Of a stretch of 64,000 bases of DNA, positions 62,713 to 64,000 are shown piece after piece (the first letter of the stretch is position 1; each line of letters begins with the position of its first letter). The stretch is from NCBI GenBank assembly GCA_032718475.1, contig JAUCBJ010007345.1, forward strand, positions 1 through 64,000. Reading direction: 5' to 3'. The position numbers and the translations under genes were made by a program. The notes under the pieces were generated by a model. The model saw nothing but the letters and a program-made list of their open reading frames with translations. It searched no databases and was not told where the DNA came from. Source of the DNA: Nemertoderma westbladi (Eukaryota > Animalia > Xenacoelomorpha).

Positions 62713-63843
62713 ATGGCGGGGAAACTGATCAGGAAGAGAAAGGCGGAGTCAGGAGGAAAGGAGATACTGGTGGATTTCACCAAGAGGCATCCGGAAGAGA
62801 AAACAAGGGGATACTACGAGCGGTTGGAGAGAGGTCACGGGGTGCGAGCGCTACAAGACCATTTCAGGGAAGTGCACAAACAGCGGCTGGTCGGGACCTA
62901 CGGGACGCCGTCGCTGGACAATGCAATCTTCGAGCATTTCCACTATGTGGTGAAAGGAGACGAAGCGAAGTTCGGGATTCCGAAGTACATGAGAGAGCCA
63001 CCGAGGAAAGATTGGAAGAGATCCGTCAGCAGGGGAGGATACATGATCCTAGACGATGAAGGAACCGTGGAAGACGAGGAGGGTTCGAGTAGAGGATCGG
63101 CGGGGTCGGCCAGAACCATACTCCTACATTTGGCCGCGCCAAATGGGGATATTTTCCTATTCGATCTGGGAATGTATGGGAAGAAAGACGGGCCAAAGTT
63201 GAACCGGTTGCCGAAGGTGGTGCAAATCCTATTGAGAGAGAAGTTGACGACGAAAGTGGGATCGGCGATTCGCGACGATGCGGAGAGAATCATCGGTCCG
63301 GACACCCCCAATCTTCTGGACATGCAGACGGTCTTCATGGCTATGACAGCACCAGACGGGTTAGGACTATTGGAGAGCGCAGGCCATTGTGGAGCGGTGG
63401 CAATCGGCCAGCTTTTGGGGCTCGTGTGTCACAAACCAATGGACTGTGCAAAGTTCAGAGAAGAGTACGGAGCAGAGTTAGCAAACTCGCTGAAGTGGGG
63501 AGCAAGGCCAGGGAAACAAGAGGTGTATCAATTCCGGAGAGGAGCAATAAAGGTATATCAGAAGCGATATATCCTGCAGGAGGACTGGATAATGATGGGT
63601 TTGCTAAACCTATTCATGACCATTGTCATTGGGAAGGAACCAACGGCATTCCTGCTATCGGGATCACCCCTGAGCTACATAAGAGCCTTTAAGACGGCTT
63701 TCGAGGGTCTGGTAAACCACCCGGGGCTGAAGGGCGAGTCGGTGTACTATAACTGCCGACATCTGGTAGACAGGAACGTAGATACGCCATATCAGAGATG
63801 GGAGCAGCTAGAGGTGGATAGACGAGAAGCGAAGCGATTGTAA
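62713..63843 (+). CDS. DEDDy (RNase D/WRN/Mut-7-like) 3'-5' exonuclease-like extra ORF downstream of pol
   Basis: YMILDDEG (ExoI), LLHLAAPNGDIFLFDL, LPKVVQILL...KVGSAIRDDAERI (ExoII), LLDMQTVF, W..RP...QKRYILQED (ExoIII-like). First ATG at 62713. Confidence 0.75.
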   Translation: MAGKLIRKRKAESGGKEILVDFTKRHPEEKTRGYYERLERGHGVRALQDHFREVHKQRLVGTYGTPSLDNAIFEHFHYVVKGDEAKFGIPKYMREPPRKDWKRSVSRGGYMILDDEGTVEDEEGSSRGSAGSARTILLHLAAPNGDIFLFDLGMYGKKDGPKLNRLPKVVQILLREKLTTKVGSAIRDDAERIIGPDTPNLLDMQTVFMAMTAPDGLGLLESAGHCGAVAIGQLLGLVCHKPMDCAKFREEYGAELANSLKWGARPGKQEVYQFRRGAIKVYQKRYILQEDWIMMGLLNLFMTIVIGKEPTAFLLSGSPLSYIRAFKTAFEGLVNHPGLKGESVYYNCRHLVDRNVDTPYQRWEQLEVDRREAKRL

Positions 63844-63905
63844 GAAATCGCTAGACAGGAGAGGAGAGAGGCAGAAGAAAGGGAGGGGGAAGCTAGGGCA
63901 CAGAC

Positions 63906-64000
63906 GGTGGTCACTATTTGAGGGCATTTCCATCTAATAAATTACCTAAATTAGATAATAATAATAATAATAATCGGAGAGATTATGGGTTAATAGTAAA
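63906..64000 (+). pseudogene. Fragment of Maverick protease gene, near-identical to 36964-37058
   Basis: ggtggtcactatttg...tacctaaattagataataataat...tatgggttaatagtaaa matches the earlier copy. Confidence 0.85.

Larger units (their letters stand above)
53827..63905 (+). mobile_element. Second, decayed BEL/Pao retrotransposon (no 3' LTR in window)
   Basis: TGTTAGCG start followed by ~0.5 kb LTR-like DNA, broken gag-pol and an extra ORF; abuts a Maverick fragment at 63906. Confidence 0.85.

Overview
Gene-free, transposon-saturated animal (probably invertebrate) genomic DNA; no host gene is recognisable. The centrepiece is a very young, intact BEL/Pao LTR retrotransposon (9914-28104, 5-bp TSD ACGCA, 1937-bp LTRs, single 2937-aa gag-pol ORF) with unusual features: TA...TA termini, no tRNA primer-binding site but an 11-nt perfect complement to a sequence inside its own LTR (candidate self-priming), a tRNA-derived Pol III unit in U3, an extra triple zinc-knuckle ORF, and a hairpin motif repeated 9 times. 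It is inserted into the hammerhead ribozyme core of a Penelope-type retrozyme and carries a piggyBac-type MITE in its 3' LTR. The rest is a cluster of decayed Maverick/Polinton (adintovirus-like) pieces (pPolB, ATPase, integrase, capsids, protease), several MITEs, an RTE fragment, a truncated third LTR element, and a decayed second BEL/Pao element followed by a DEDDy 3'-5' exonuclease-like ORF. All calls are by eye, without database searches.
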